DNA of 64,000 nt. It comes from an uncultured delta proteobacterium. Lineage in GTDB: Bacteria > Desulfobacterota > Binatia > Binatales > Binataceae. How positions within the stretch are numbered: position 1 is the first letter of the stretch; each line of letters begins with the position of its first letter. Under the pieces are notes generated by a model. That model was not told the origin of the DNA. It saw only the letters and a list, made by a program, of their open reading frames with translations, and did not search any database. The stretch covers positions 80,493 to 144,492 of the forward strand of contig CAWCMA010000013.1 in assembly GCA_963796565.1 (NCBI GenBank), read 5' to 3'. The translations under genes and the position numbers were made by a program. Shown one piece after another: positions 27,672 to 36,720 of the stretch.

Positions 27672-28496
27672 ATGATTGAAGCGCCAGGTCCGCCCACGCT
27701 CGTGCCGACAGACGCCATCAGCGAACAACAAAGCCAATCTGAGGCGGTAAAAGCGACAAGTGAGGCCGGAATCGTCGCTAGCCCAACCCCTCATGAGGCC
27801 GCGAAGCCCGCTGCGCCGGTCGCGGCTGTCGGCGGCACTCCCGATCGCGCACCGGCCATGATGACCGCGATTCCGGGCGGCGGCGACAGCGCCTTGCCAG
27901 GGCCGCTCGAGGAGAGACGCTTCGCCGGCGAAACGGAGGGCGACTTCGAGAGCGCGCTCGGCAGAGTCAAGCCCGGCGGTCCCGCCGGCCAGCGGCGGAG
28001 CCATCGCAGCATCTGGGGATCGCTGGTGAGGCTCGTGCGGCTCGACAAGCTGCGCGGTCCCGCGCTCCGCCAGGACAGGCACGTCGGCTTCGACGGCTTC
28101 GTCAATCCGATGCACGACGAAAAGATCGAGCGCGACCGCCGCTACGGCACGGTCTACACGGTCGTCGAGCACGTCAACGCCTACCTGGTGCGCATCGAGA
28201 TGCCACGGCGAATCCCGGCCTCCTCGCTCAAGCAACTGTGGAAGCTGCCCGACGAAATGCCCGACTACGACTACACCATCACGCTGCACGAGGGGGTGCT
28301 CGCCGTGCGGGCCGGCGTGCGCGGCGACGCGATGCGGCGGTTGTCGTATGTCTCGGCATCGTTTCCGTCCGACTTTCTTACCCGGATCGAATTCGACCAA
28401 CCGGTCACATCCTTTAAGCATCGCCTGCGCGACAAGGTGCTCGAGATAGTGGTGTTCAAGGCCGCCGGCTCCGATACCGTCAGCCGGGTCGCCTAG
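27672..28496 (+). CDS. Hypothetical protein with C-terminal Hsp20/alpha-crystallin-like domain and long N-terminal extension
   Basis: The C-terminus ...YTITLHEGVLAVRAGV...RRLSYVSASFPSDFLTRIEFDQPVTSFKHRLRDKVLEIVVFK fits the ACD pattern (R..SYG.F.R.F.LP..VD...I.A...NGVL.I..PK). The start is uncertain: the listed ORF begins at 27477, and an internal ATG at 27672 (MIEAPGPP...) was chosen. No clear SD is present. Confidence 0.4.
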   Translation: MIEAPGPPTLVPTDAISEQQSQSEAVKATSEAGIVASPTPHEAAKPAAPVAAVGGTPDRAPAMMTAIPGGGDSALPGPLEERRFAGETEGDFESALGRVKPGGPAGQRRSHRSIWGSLVRLVRLDKLRGPALRQDRHVGFDGFVNPMHDEKIERDRRYGTVYTVVEHVNAYLVRIEMPRRIPASSLKQLWKLPDEMPDYDYTITLHEGVLAVRAGVRGDAMRRLSYVSASFPSDFLTRIEFDQPVTSFKHRLRDKVLEIVVFKAAGSDTVSRVA

Positions 28497-28557
28497 GGAC
28501 CCGCGAGAACCGCTTCGGCGCAGAGCCAGGCGAGCCGACGCTTTAGGAAAGCGGCCG

Positions 28558-29034
28558 ATGACAACGAATGTGAGAGAGGCCTCGATCCGTGATTTGCCAC
28601 GGATCTTGGAGATCGAGCGGCTGGCCTTTCCGCAGCCGTGGAGCCTCGACTCATTCAAACGCGAACTCATGCTGCCGTTCTCGCGTATCATGGTGGCAAT
28701 CCAGGTGCAGGCGACGCAGACCGAGACCCGTGGCCTGCCTGCGGGTTTTCTGTGTCGATGGCTTGTCGCCGATGAGTGCCACATCCTCAATGTCGCCGTA
28801 CATCCCGAGCTTCGGCGTGGTGGTATCGGGATGGCGCTGATGGCCGAGGCAATAAACGAAGCAAAGACGAAAATCATTCGCCTCGTAACGCTCGAGGTCC
28901 GCCGCTCTAATGTCGCCGCCAGGAGCCTGTATCGCCGGCTGAATTTTGAAGAACGGCGTTTGAGGACGAACTACTATGGCCCCGGTGAAGACGCAGTCGT
29001 GATGGAACTCCATCTCGGCGGCGGCCGTCGATAA
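28558..29034 (+). CDS. rimI: Ribosomal-protein-alanine N-acetyltransferase (GNAT)
   Basis: ILEIERLAFPQPWSLDSFKREL...LNVAVHPELRRGGIGMALM...ARSLYRRLNFEE is typical of RimI. Confidence 0.8.
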   Translation: MTTNVREASIRDLPRILEIERLAFPQPWSLDSFKRELMLPFSRIMVAIQVQATQTETRGLPAGFLCRWLVADECHILNVAVHPELRRGGIGMALMAEAINEAKTKIIRLVTLEVRRSNVAARSLYRRLNFEERRLRTNYYGPGEDAVVMELHLGGGRR

Positions 29035-29074
29035 TCCGCCCGGGCCGAGACTGATTGGGAAGTTGTCCGCGGAT

Positions 29075-29103
29075 TTGGCCGGGGTTACAAAAACCTACTG
29101 GTT
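29075..29103 (+). promoter_or_regulatory. Sigma70-like promoter candidate TTACAA-17 nt-CATAAT upstream of carD
   Basis: Hexamers at 29075-29080 and 29098-29103 with an exactly 17-nt spacer, about 110 nt upstream of the carD ATG. Confidence 0.4.
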
Positions 29104-29211
29104 GTGCCATAATGTGAACGTTGAGCCAGCGCTGATCGGACAGTAGTGAACCGCCGTCACTAACTGGACCGAAATCCATAACGCCTCGACGGCTCGGGAA
29201 AGAACACATAG

Positions 29212-29709
29212 ATGATGAATTTGCCGTTCAAGAAGGGTGAAAAAGTCGTTTACCCGGCGCACGGGGTCGCGGTCATCGAAGACATTCAGAGTCGTGTCAT
29301 TTCTGGGACTGAGCGCCGATTCTACATGCTCAAGATCCTGGGCACTGAGAAGATGACCATCATGATCCCGACCGAGAACGTAACTCAGGTCGGATTGCGG
29401 CGGGTAATCGGCAAGGACGTAGTCGATAAGATTTATCGGATTCTGCGCACACGCAAGGTCGACGCCGACACTCAGACCTGGAATCGGCGCTATCGCGAGT
29501 ACACCGAGAAAATCAAGACCGGCTCGCCGCTCGAGATCGCCAAGGTTCTGCGCGACCTGCTGGTGCTCAAAGGCGACAAGGAGCTGTCGTTCGGTGAACG
29601 CAAGATGCTCGACACGGCGCGCAGTTTGCTGGTGAAGGAACTTTCTATCGCCAAGGCTCATCCGGAAGAAAAGATCATGGAAGAGCTCAAAGTCATGTTC
29701 GCCAACTAA
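29212..29709 (+). CDS. carD: CarD/CdnL-family RNA polymerase-binding transcription factor
   Basis: FKKGEKVVYPAHGVAVIEDIQ...YMLKI is the CarD_CdnL_TRCF N-terminal domain. 165 aa. It sits in the conserved carD-ispD arrangement. Confidence 0.85.
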   Translation: MMNLPFKKGEKVVYPAHGVAVIEDIQSRVISGTERRFYMLKILGTEKMTIMIPTENVTQVGLRRVIGKDVVDKIYRILRTRKVDADTQTWNRRYREYTEKIKTGSPLEIAKVLRDLLVLKGDKELSFGERKMLDTARSLLVKELSIAKAHPEEKIMEELKVMFAN

Positions 29710-29738
29710 ACCGCGAACGCACGCGAAAGAACCCCCGG

Positions 29739-29772
29739 GGGGATCGGAAGCAATTCCGGTCCCCTTTTTTTT
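29739..29772 (+). terminator. Textbook intrinsic terminator after carD
   Basis: An 11-bp stem ggggatcggaa/ttccggtcccc (one G.U pair), a GCAA tetraloop, then TTTTTTTT. Confidence 0.7.
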
Positions 29773-29888
29773 GCTTTCCTCGCCCTCGTGCATTTTGACC
29801 CGTGAGCTTTGCCCTGGCGCGCGCCGCTCGGTACGCTCGTTTACGCTGCGGCCCGCGATGCTCGCTCAGCCGCTGCGATGTCGACGCG

Positions 29889-30578
29889 ATGCGATGCTCC
29901 GCGATAATAGTCGCCGCCGGAAGCGGGATGCGGCTTAAGCTGGACGCCCCGAAGGCTTTCGTACCGCTCGGCGGGCGGCCGCTGCTTCACTATTCCCTGC
30001 GCGTCATTGCCGCACTCGCGGCGATCGGCGAGGCGGTGGTCACGGTGCCGGCTGGGATGGAACGGCAGGCCCGCGCCGAAGTCGAGCGCGCCGGGGTGGA
30101 AATCCCGGTCAAGCTGGTCGCGGGCGGCGCCGAGCGCCGGGATTCGGTGCGAATCGCCCTTGGGATCACCAGTGCGGAGAGCGAAGTCGTCGTGGTGCAT
30201 GATGCGGCTCGCCCGTTCGCGACGCCCGCGCTGTTCGCCGCCTGTATCGACGCGACGCGGCGTGCCGACGGAGCAATCGCCGCGATCGCGGTCGCGGATA
30301 CGCTCAAGCGCACGGATGGCCGCACGATCGCAGCGACAGTTGCGCGCGACGGGCTATGGCAGGCGCAAACGCCGCAGGCCTTCAGACGCCGGAAGCTCGT
30401 CGAGGCGCACGACCGCGCGCTGCGCGAGCGATGGGCCGCGACGGACGACGCGGAACTGATAGAGCGATGCGGTGGGCGGGTCGAGGTGGTCGAAAGCTCG
30501 GCCATCAATCTGAAGATCACGACGCCGGCCGACCTCGAAATCGCCGAGGCGCTGGCGGTACGGATCTTCGCGCGCTAG
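29889..30578 (+). CDS. ispD: 2-C-methyl-D-erythritol 4-phosphate cytidylyltransferase
   Basis: The internal ATG at 29889 gives MRCSAIIVAAGSGMRL... (the IspD glycine-rich loop). The upstream 29 codons of the listed ORF are Arg/Cys-rich and unlikely. Confidence 0.85.
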   Translation: MRCSAIIVAAGSGMRLKLDAPKAFVPLGGRPLLHYSLRVIAALAAIGEAVVTVPAGMERQARAEVERAGVEIPVKLVAGGAERRDSVRIALGITSAESEVVVVHDAARPFATPALFAACIDATRRADGAIAAIAVADTLKRTDGRTIAATVARDGLWQAQTPQAFRRRKLVEAHDRALRERWAATDDAELIERCGGRVEVVESSAINLKITTPADLEIAEALAVRIFAR

Positions 30579-31474
30579 CGAACGCCGGGAGAATCGGCAG
30601 AATTGGACGGACCCGCTGTCGCCATGCCCTCGTTGAGCGAGCCCGAGCGGAAACCCTTCAGATCGACGGTCACGAAGCGAAACCCAAGCTTGCGCAGCTC
30701 GCGATCCACGCTTTCGCGCGTCGCTGGTTCGAGCAGCCGCGCAATGTCTCGTTGCTCGATTTCCAGCCGCGCGATCTCGCCATGATGGCGCACGCGCGCG
30801 ACCCGAAAGCCCATCGCATGCAAAAGCTGCTCGCCGCGCTCGACCTGTTCGAGCCCCTCCGGAGTAATTCGCGTCCCATAAGGAAACCGCGACGAGAGGC
30901 AGGGCGAGGCCGGCCGATCCCACGTCGGCAGTCCGAGCGCGCGCGACAGCTCGCGAATTTCGGCCTTGGTCAATTCGGCCTCGACCAGCGGATGACGCAC
31001 GCGCTTTTCGCCGGCGGCTTTGATACCGGGGCGATAGTCGTGCAGGTCGTCCAAGTTGAGTCCGTCGACGATCTCTTCGATTCCTAATTCCGCCGCCTTG
31101 GCCTCGCAGACCGTAAAAAGGTTGTGCTTGCACAGGTAGCATCGGTTGAGCGGATTCTCGGCGTAGCCGGGGACGTCGAGTTCGTTGGAGTCGACGACCA
31201 GGTGGCGCGCACCGATCGTTTGCGCCATCTCCAGCGCCGAACGCCGGTCGTCGTCGGGCATCGTCGGCGAAGTGGTGGTGAGCGCGAGCATCCGCGCGCC
31301 AAGAACGTCGTGGGCGACGCGCAGGACGAAAGTCGAATCGACACCGCCCGAGAACGCGACCATCACCGAGCGCATCGGCGCGAAAATTCCGCACAGGCGT
31401 TCGAGCTTGAGCGCAAGCTCCGCGCTCAGTCCGATCTTGGCCATCTCGCCGATCTTTCCGATCTTGGCGCTCAT
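30575..31474 (-). CDS. PP-loop ATPase of the LarE / TIGR00268 family (ATP-dependent sulfur transferase-like)
   Basis: PP-loop [14 protein letters not shown] and the conserved Cys motif [13 protein letters not shown]. The start is set at ATG 31474, which forms an ATGA overlap with the cysK stop. Confidence 0.7.
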   Translation of the reverse strand: MSAKIGKIGEMAKIGLSAELALKLERLCGIFAPMRSVMVAFSGGVDSTFVLRVAHDVLGARMLALTTTSPTMPDDDRRSALEMAQTIGARHLVVDSNELDVPGYAENPLNRCYLCKHNLFTVCEAKAAELGIEEIVDGLNLDDLHDYRPGIKAAGEKRVRHPLVEAELTKAEIRELSRALGLPTWDRPASPCLSSRFPYGTRITPEGLEQVERGEQLLHAMGFRVARVRHHGEIARLEIEQRDIARLLEPATRESVDRELRKLGFRFVTVDLKGFRSGSLNEGMATAGPSNSADSPGVR

Positions 31475-32406
31475 ATACCCTCGGCCTGGAAAAGATCGGT
31501 CGTGAGATAGCGTTCGCCGGTATCGCAGAAAATCGTCGCGACGACCTTGCCACGCCCAAGGCGCTTTGCCACTCGCAGCGCCGCGCAGCACGCCGCGCCC
31601 GATGAAATCCCGACCAGCAAGCCCTCTTCGCGCGCGAGGCGCCGCGAATGAAGCGTCGCCTCCTCGTCGCTCACCGCGATGATTTCGTCATAGACCGTGG
31701 TGTCGAGATTTTCCGGCACGAAGCCGGCGCCGATCCCCTGGATTTTGTGGAAGCCAGCCTCGCCGCCCGACAGCACCGGAGAATTTTTCGGCTCGACCGC
31801 CACGATCAGCGGACGGCCGCCGAAGTGCTCGCGCAGGTAGCGGCCGACGCCGGTGATGGTGCCACCGGTACCGACGCCCGCCACGAACGCGTCGATACGC
31901 TCGAGCTGGCCGGCCAATTCGGGGCCGGTGGTCGCGTAATGGACGTTGGGATTGGCGTGGTTCTTGAACTGTTGCGGCATGAAGTAGCCGGGGTTGTCGC
32001 GCACCAGCTCCTGCGCCTTGGCGATCGCGCCATGCATCCCGCGGGTGTCCGGCGTCAGCACCAGGCGCGCCCCATACGCCGCCAACAACGAGCGTCGCTC
32101 CTCGCTCATGGTATCGGGCATCGTCAGCATAAGCTGATAGCCTTTGACGGCAGCCACCAACGCAAGGCCGATTCCGGTGTTGCCCGAAGTCGGCTCGACG
32201 ATAGTATCGCCGGGCTTGAGCCGTCCCTCGCGCTCCGCCGCCTCGACCATCGCGACGCAGATCCTGTCCTTGACGCTGCCGCCCGGGTTGAAGCTCTCGA
32301 GCTTCGCCCAGACTTCGGCGTCGTCCTTGTCCGGCAGGCGATTGAGGCGCACCACTGGAGTGTGACCGATGAGTTCGAGCGGCGAGCGCGCAACGCTGTT
32401 CGGCAT
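31471..32406 (-). CDS. cysK: Cysteine synthase A (O-acetylserine sulfhydrylase)
   Basis: PLP-Lys motif [10 protein letters not shown], plus [10 protein letters not shown] and [10 protein letters not shown]. Confidence 0.9.
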   Translation of the reverse strand: MPNSVARSPLELIGHTPVVRLNRLPDKDDAEVWAKLESFNPGGSVKDRICVAMVEAAEREGRLKPGDTIVEPTSGNTGIGLALVAAVKGYQLMLTMPDTMSEERRSLLAAYGARLVLTPDTRGMHGAIAKAQELVRDNPGYFMPQQFKNHANPNVHYATTGPELAGQLERIDAFVAGVGTGGTITGVGRYLREHFGGRPLIVAVEPKNSPVLSGGEAGFHKIQGIGAGFVPENLDTTVYDEIIAVSDEEATLHSRRLAREEGLLVGISSGAACCAALRVAKRLGRGKVVATIFCDTGERYLTTDLFQAEGI

Positions 32407-32449
32407 GCCGCGATTTTAGCCGTATTCGCCCCCGTTTTGCGACCGTCAT

Positions 32450-33541
32450 GTGCACTGCATAGACTCGTTGGCGATGGTGTCGGGGATGGCATCGAAAACC
32501 GCGGAGCAGAGCGCGCGCGTGGAGCGCGTGCTGGTCATCTTTCCGGGCGCGCTCGGCGACCTGGTATGTTTTGGTCCGGCGCTCCGCGCGTTGGCGCGGC
32601 GCCATCATGAGGCGAAGCTCGAGTTGATGGCGCGCGAGGAACTGGCGCGCTTCGCCGTCGCTCGTATTGGAATCGCGGGAATTGAAACCGCACGCGGTGA
32701 TTTGCCATCACCCTCGCCAGGTTGTTCACGAGCTCATTCAGATTCACGAGCTCATTCACGAGCGCATTCAATAGACCGGCGCGAGGTCGCCGCCCTCTTC
32801 GCCCAACCATCCAACCTCATCCAGGACGTTACCGAGGCGGCGCGATTTTTTCGCCCCTTTTCGCGCATCTATTCGTTCTTCGCCGCCGACGACGCGCGCT
32901 TTCACCAAGCGCTCGAAGCCGCCGCCACGCCCGCAGCCGTCAGCTTCCACGCCTTTCGTCCCGCAGGCGCCGGCCACGTCGCCGCCGGCTACCTCGACGA
33001 GATAGGCGAGCGCGGCGCGCCGTCAGACGGAGCGCTACTTGACGGACATATCGACGTGCTGCCGGACGATATCGCGCAGGCGCGGCAGGCGCTCACCCGC
33101 CTCGGTCTCGGCGACGCGCGCGTCGTGCTGGTCTTTCCCGGCAGCGGAGGTGCGCATAAGAACTGGCCCGCGGAGAACTTCGCGGCGCTCGCGAGCGCGC
33201 TCCCGCCGCCGATGCGTGCGCTGGTGGTGCTCGGCCCGGCGGAGGGCGCGATCGAGCCGGTCTTGATGCCGCTCATGCTGGCACGCGGGATTGCGTGGCT
33301 TCGCGATCAGCCGCTCGGCACGATAGCCGGGTTGGCGCGCCTTGCGGCCGCCTTCGTCGGCAATGATTCGGGCATGTCGCATCTGGCGGCGGCCGCGGGC
33401 GCGCCCGGAGTGGCAATCTTCGGGCCTACCGATCCTGACCGCTGGCGTCCGCTGGGGCGCGTCAAAGTTGTGCGGGCTCTGAAGCTTGCCGAATTGACGC
33501 CCGCAGACGTGGCGTCGGCACTGAAGGAAATAACCAGATGA
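32450..33541 (+). CDS. Glycosyltransferase family 9 (LPS heptosyltransferase-like)
   Basis: N-terminal VLVIFPGALGDLVCFGPALRALARRHHEAKLEL and C-terminal FVGNDSGMSHLAAAAGAPGVAIFGPTDP match GT9. Confidence 0.7.
   Translation: MHCIDSLAMVSGMASKTAEQSARVERVLVIFPGALGDLVCFGPALRALARRHHEAKLELMAREELARFAVARIGIAGIETARGDLPSPSPGCSRAHSDSRAHSRAHSIDRREVAALFAQPSNLIQDVTEAARFFRPFSRIYSFFAADDARFHQALEAAATPAAVSFHAFRPAGAGHVAAGYLDEIGERGAPSDGALLDGHIDVLPDDIAQARQALTRLGLGDARVVLVFPGSGGAHKNWPAENFAALASALPPPMRALVVLGPAEGAIEPVLMPLMLARGIAWLRDQPLGTIAGLARLAAAFVGNDSGMSHLAAAAGAPGVAIFGPTDPDRWRPLGRVKVVRALKLAELTPADVASALKEITR
32725..32770 (+). repeat. In-frame imperfect tandem repeat (~16-18 nt, ~2.7 copies: ttcacgagctcattcaga / ttcacgagctcattca / cgagcgcattca) inside the GT9 gene
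   Basis: It encodes ...SRAHSDSRAHSRAHS... between the two conserved halves of the protein. Confidence 0.6.
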
Positions 33542-33738
33542 CGGGAATATTCGGGCGCGAGGAAAATGCGGCGCCGCGATAGATGCGATAGAAGGTCCCG
33601 ATGGTTACATTTCAGCCTGAGCGGGGTCGCGTTGACTGGAAAAATCGCCCGGCGTAGCCTCAAGTGGGCGTTGATTTAGTCCACGACGTGCTCAAATACT
33701 TTTTGATTTGCTGAATTCTTCACCTCGACAAGGAATCT

Positions 33739-34605
33739 ATGGGTAGCGCCATCAAGACCACGATATTGCTCGGCGCGCTGACCGGGCTCCTGATACTTAT
33801 CGGAGGCGTGTTCGGCGGACGCGCCGGCGCCGAGTTAGCCTTCGTCATCGCGCTGGCGATGAATTTCTTCAGCTACTGGTTCTCGGACAAGCTGGTGCTG
33901 CGAGCGTACAGCGCGCAGGAGCTCGACGCCGCGGCGGCGCCGGAGCTTTACTCGATCGTCCAGGAGCTGGCGCACGAGGCGCATATCCCGGTGCCGCGGA
34001 TGTACATGATCGACACCGACACGCCCAACGCGTTCGCCACCGGACGCAATCCCAATCACGCCGCTGTCGCCGTGACGCGCGGAATACTGCGGATTTGCAG
34101 CCGCGACGAGCTCAAGGGCGTACTCGGCCACGAGCTCTCCCACGTGATCAATCGCGACATCCTGACCAGCTCGATCGCGGCGACCCTAGCCGGCGCGATC
34201 ATGATTCTGGCCTCGATGGCGCGATGGGGCGCGATTTTCGGCGGCTTCGGAGGCGGCGGCGACGACGACCGGCGCGGCGGAATGATCGAGCTGCTCCTGA
34301 TGGCGTTCCTGGCACCGCTGGCGGCGTCGCTGATCCAGCTCGCGGTATCGCGCACGCGCGAATACCAGGCCGACGCCAGCGGCGCTCGTCTCACCCATCA
34401 TCCGCTCTTCCTGGCGAGCGCGCTGCGCAAGCTGGAGGCCGCCAACGAACGCATGCCGATGGACTCGGGGCCCGCGACCGCCCATCTGTTCATCGTCAAT
34501 CCGCTGAGCGCGCGGGGTTTGATGAGCAAGCTCTTTTCAACCCATCCGCCGCTCGAAGAGCGCATCCGGCGCCTCGAGCACATGGCGAGCACAGAGGTGG
34601 TCTAG
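33739..34605 (+). CDS. htpX: Zinc metalloprotease HtpX (M48)
   Basis: HELSHV zinc motif with four TM segments. Confidence 0.9.
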   Translation: MGSAIKTTILLGALTGLLILIGGVFGGRAGAELAFVIALAMNFFSYWFSDKLVLRAYSAQELDAAAAPELYSIVQELAHEAHIPVPRMYMIDTDTPNAFATGRNPNHAAVAVTRGILRICSRDELKGVLGHELSHVINRDILTSSIAATLAGAIMILASMARWGAIFGGFGGGGDDDRRGGMIELLLMAFLAPLAASLIQLAVSRTREYQADASGARLTHHPLFLASALRKLEAANERMPMDSGPATAHLFIVNPLSARGLMSKLFSTHPPLEERIRRLEHMASTEVV

Positions 34606-34609
34606 GCAG

Positions 34610-35164
34610 ATGCCATCAGAGGACGAGAGTTCCAAGGGCTTCAAGATCCAGGACCGGCGGCGGTTCTCGGCCGAGGGCGAACTGAAGCCCGAATTCAGCG
34701 GCGCCGAAGAGCCCGCCGTCGCGAAGCCGGAGGCGCCGCCTCCCGGCGCTCGTCCGTCGCACGGCGCCGGCGCGCCCGAGCCCGCGCAGCCCCACCAGCA
34801 GCAGGAAGCGGCGGCCTCGCAGCCGCAGCAGGCGGCTGCGGCCGAGGGCTACGCCGCCGCGCGATCGACGGCCGGCGCCGAAGCGCATCCGTTGGAGATG
34901 GGGGCGGAAGCGGCGGAGATCAACTTTAGCGCTTTCCTGATGAGCCTCTCGACCGAAGCACTGGTGCATCTGGGCGAGATGGCCGACCCGGCCGGCGGTC
35001 AGGGGCAGCGCGACCTGGCGATGGCGCAGCAGCTTATCGATATCCTTGGAATGTTGCGGGAGAAAACCCGGGGCAACCTCGAGCGCGACGAGCAGGGCCT
35101 GCTCGACGCGATTCTCTTTGACCTCAGAATGAAATACGTTGAGATCGCTCGCCGGAACGGCTGA
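34610..35164 (+). CDS. DUF1844 domain protein
   Basis: The C-terminal INFSAFLMSLSTEALVHLGE...LIDILGMLREKTRGNLERDEQGLLDAILFDLRMKYV resembles the DUF1844 consensus. The N-terminal half is low-complexity. Confidence 0.55.
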   Translation: MPSEDESSKGFKIQDRRRFSAEGELKPEFSGAEEPAVAKPEAPPPGARPSHGAGAPEPAQPHQQQEAAASQPQQAAAAEGYAAARSTAGAEAHPLEMGAEAAEINFSAFLMSLSTEALVHLGEMADPAGGQGQRDLAMAQQLIDILGMLREKTRGNLERDEQGLLDAILFDLRMKYVEIARRNG

Positions 35165-35185
35165 TTCGCCTGGGTCCGGGTCAGC

Positions 35186-36664
35186 GTGCGAATGCCTTCT
35201 AAGTTCGGGAACGTCGCCATTCTCTGTTTAGCGGCGGTGATACTGCTGTTGTGCGGACCTGCCGCACCGCGCGCCTTGGCCGATCAATTCTGGCTCGAGC
35301 TTACCTCGTCGAGCACGTCCAAAGCCGAAACCCTGCCGGACTTCGTCGCGCTGGCGGATAAACTGGGCCCCACCGTGGTGAATATCTCCACCGAGCAGGC
35401 CGGGCCGGCAGCCTCCGAGGGCGGGGGCGATGACGGAGATGGTGGCAACGACGGCGGTGGTAATGAGGGCGGTGGCAACCAGCCGTTCAACGAGTTCGGC
35501 GAGCCGTTTGGCGAGCCGCACGGCCATAGCCTGGGCTCCGGCTTCATCGTCAATGCGGCCGGCTACATCCTTACCAATGACCACGTGGTCGAAAACAGCC
35601 GCCAGATCATCGTCACCACCAAGGACGGCAACCAGTACAGGGCCTCGGTAATCGGGCGCGACGCCAAAACCGACATCGCGCTGCTGAAAATCAAGGCCAG
35701 GCACGATTTGCCCGTGGCGCCGCTGGGCGACTCCGACGAAGTGAAAGTCGGCCAGTGGGTGATGACCATCGGTGACCCCTTCGGTTTCGACCATACCGTC
35801 ACCGCCGGTATCGTCAGCGCCAAGGGCCGCTTCATCCCGGGCAACTACGACGAGTTCATCCAGACCGACGCCGCGATCAACCCGGGGAACTCGGGCGGTC
35901 CGCTGATCAATATCCGCGGCGAGGTGGTGGGCGTGAACTCGGCGATTTTCACCCGCACCGGTTCCAATACCGGGATCGGCTTCGCCATCCCGGTCAATCT
36001 GGTCAAGGAAGAGCTGCCGCAGTTGCGCGATCATGGCCAGGTGGTGCGCGGATGGCTCGGAATCTACGTGCAGCGGGTGACGCCGGCGATCGCCGACTCG
36101 ATGGGGCTGGAGGAGCCGCGCGGCGCGCTGGTCGCCGAAGTGCTGAGCGAGGGGCCGGCCAAGTCTGCCGGAGTCAAACGGGGCGACGTGATCGCGGCCT
36201 ACAATGGCACGCCGATCGGAGACTCGCGCGAGCTGCCGCTGATGGTCGCACGCACGCCGCTCGGCCATAGCGCGATGCTCAGGATCGTACGCGACAAAAA
36301 GTACCTCGAACTGCCGGTTACGATTACCGCTTCGCGCGAGACTCGCGTCGCATCGGCCGCCAAACAGCCACCCAAAGGGTCGGCGCCGTTCGGCCTCACC
36401 GTCAAGGACCTCGATCCCAAGCTCGCGCACGACATGGGGCTGGGCCGGAGCAAGGGAGTGGTGGTGTATTCGGTGCGGCCCGGCAGCCCGGCCGATGCGG
36501 CCGGCATGCGCTCGCGCGACATCATCGTCGAGATCAACCGCCAAAGCGTCGGCAACGTCGAGGCCTACCAGCGCGCAATCAAGTCGGGCGGCGGCAAGGC
36601 GGTATTGCTTCTGATTAAGCGTCACAACAACACCGTCTTCGTGCCGCTCGAACCGGAGAGCTAG
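35186..36664 (+). CDS. degP: Periplasmic serine endoprotease DegP/HtrA (trypsin domain plus two PDZ domains)
   Basis: Catalytic triad context TNDHVV, DIALLKI, GNSGGPL. PDZ segments follow. The N-terminus is signal/TM-like. A Gly/Asp/Asn-rich insertion (EGGGDDGDGGNDGGGNEGGGNQ) follows the signal region. Confidence 0.9.
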   Translation: MRMPSKFGNVAILCLAAVILLLCGPAAPRALADQFWLELTSSSTSKAETLPDFVALADKLGPTVVNISTEQAGPAASEGGGDDGDGGNDGGGNEGGGNQPFNEFGEPFGEPHGHSLGSGFIVNAAGYILTNDHVVENSRQIIVTTKDGNQYRASVIGRDAKTDIALLKIKARHDLPVAPLGDSDEVKVGQWVMTIGDPFGFDHTVTAGIVSAKGRFIPGNYDEFIQTDAAINPGNSGGPLINIRGEVVGVNSAIFTRTGSNTGIGFAIPVNLVKEELPQLRDHGQVVRGWLGIYVQRVTPAIADSMGLEEPRGALVAEVLSEGPAKSAGVKRGDVIAAYNGTPIGDSRELPLMVARTPLGHSAMLRIVRDKKYLELPVTITASRETRVASAAKQPPKGSAPFGLTVKDLDPKLAHDMGLGRSKGVVVYSVRPGSPADAAGMRSRDIIVEINRQSVGNVEAYQRAIKSGGGKAVLLLIKRHNNTVFVPLEPES

Positions 36665-36720
36665 GCGATGCACGGCTGCGGGCAAGCGCCGGGCGCCAAC
36701 GCGCGGACGGCCAGGCGCTT

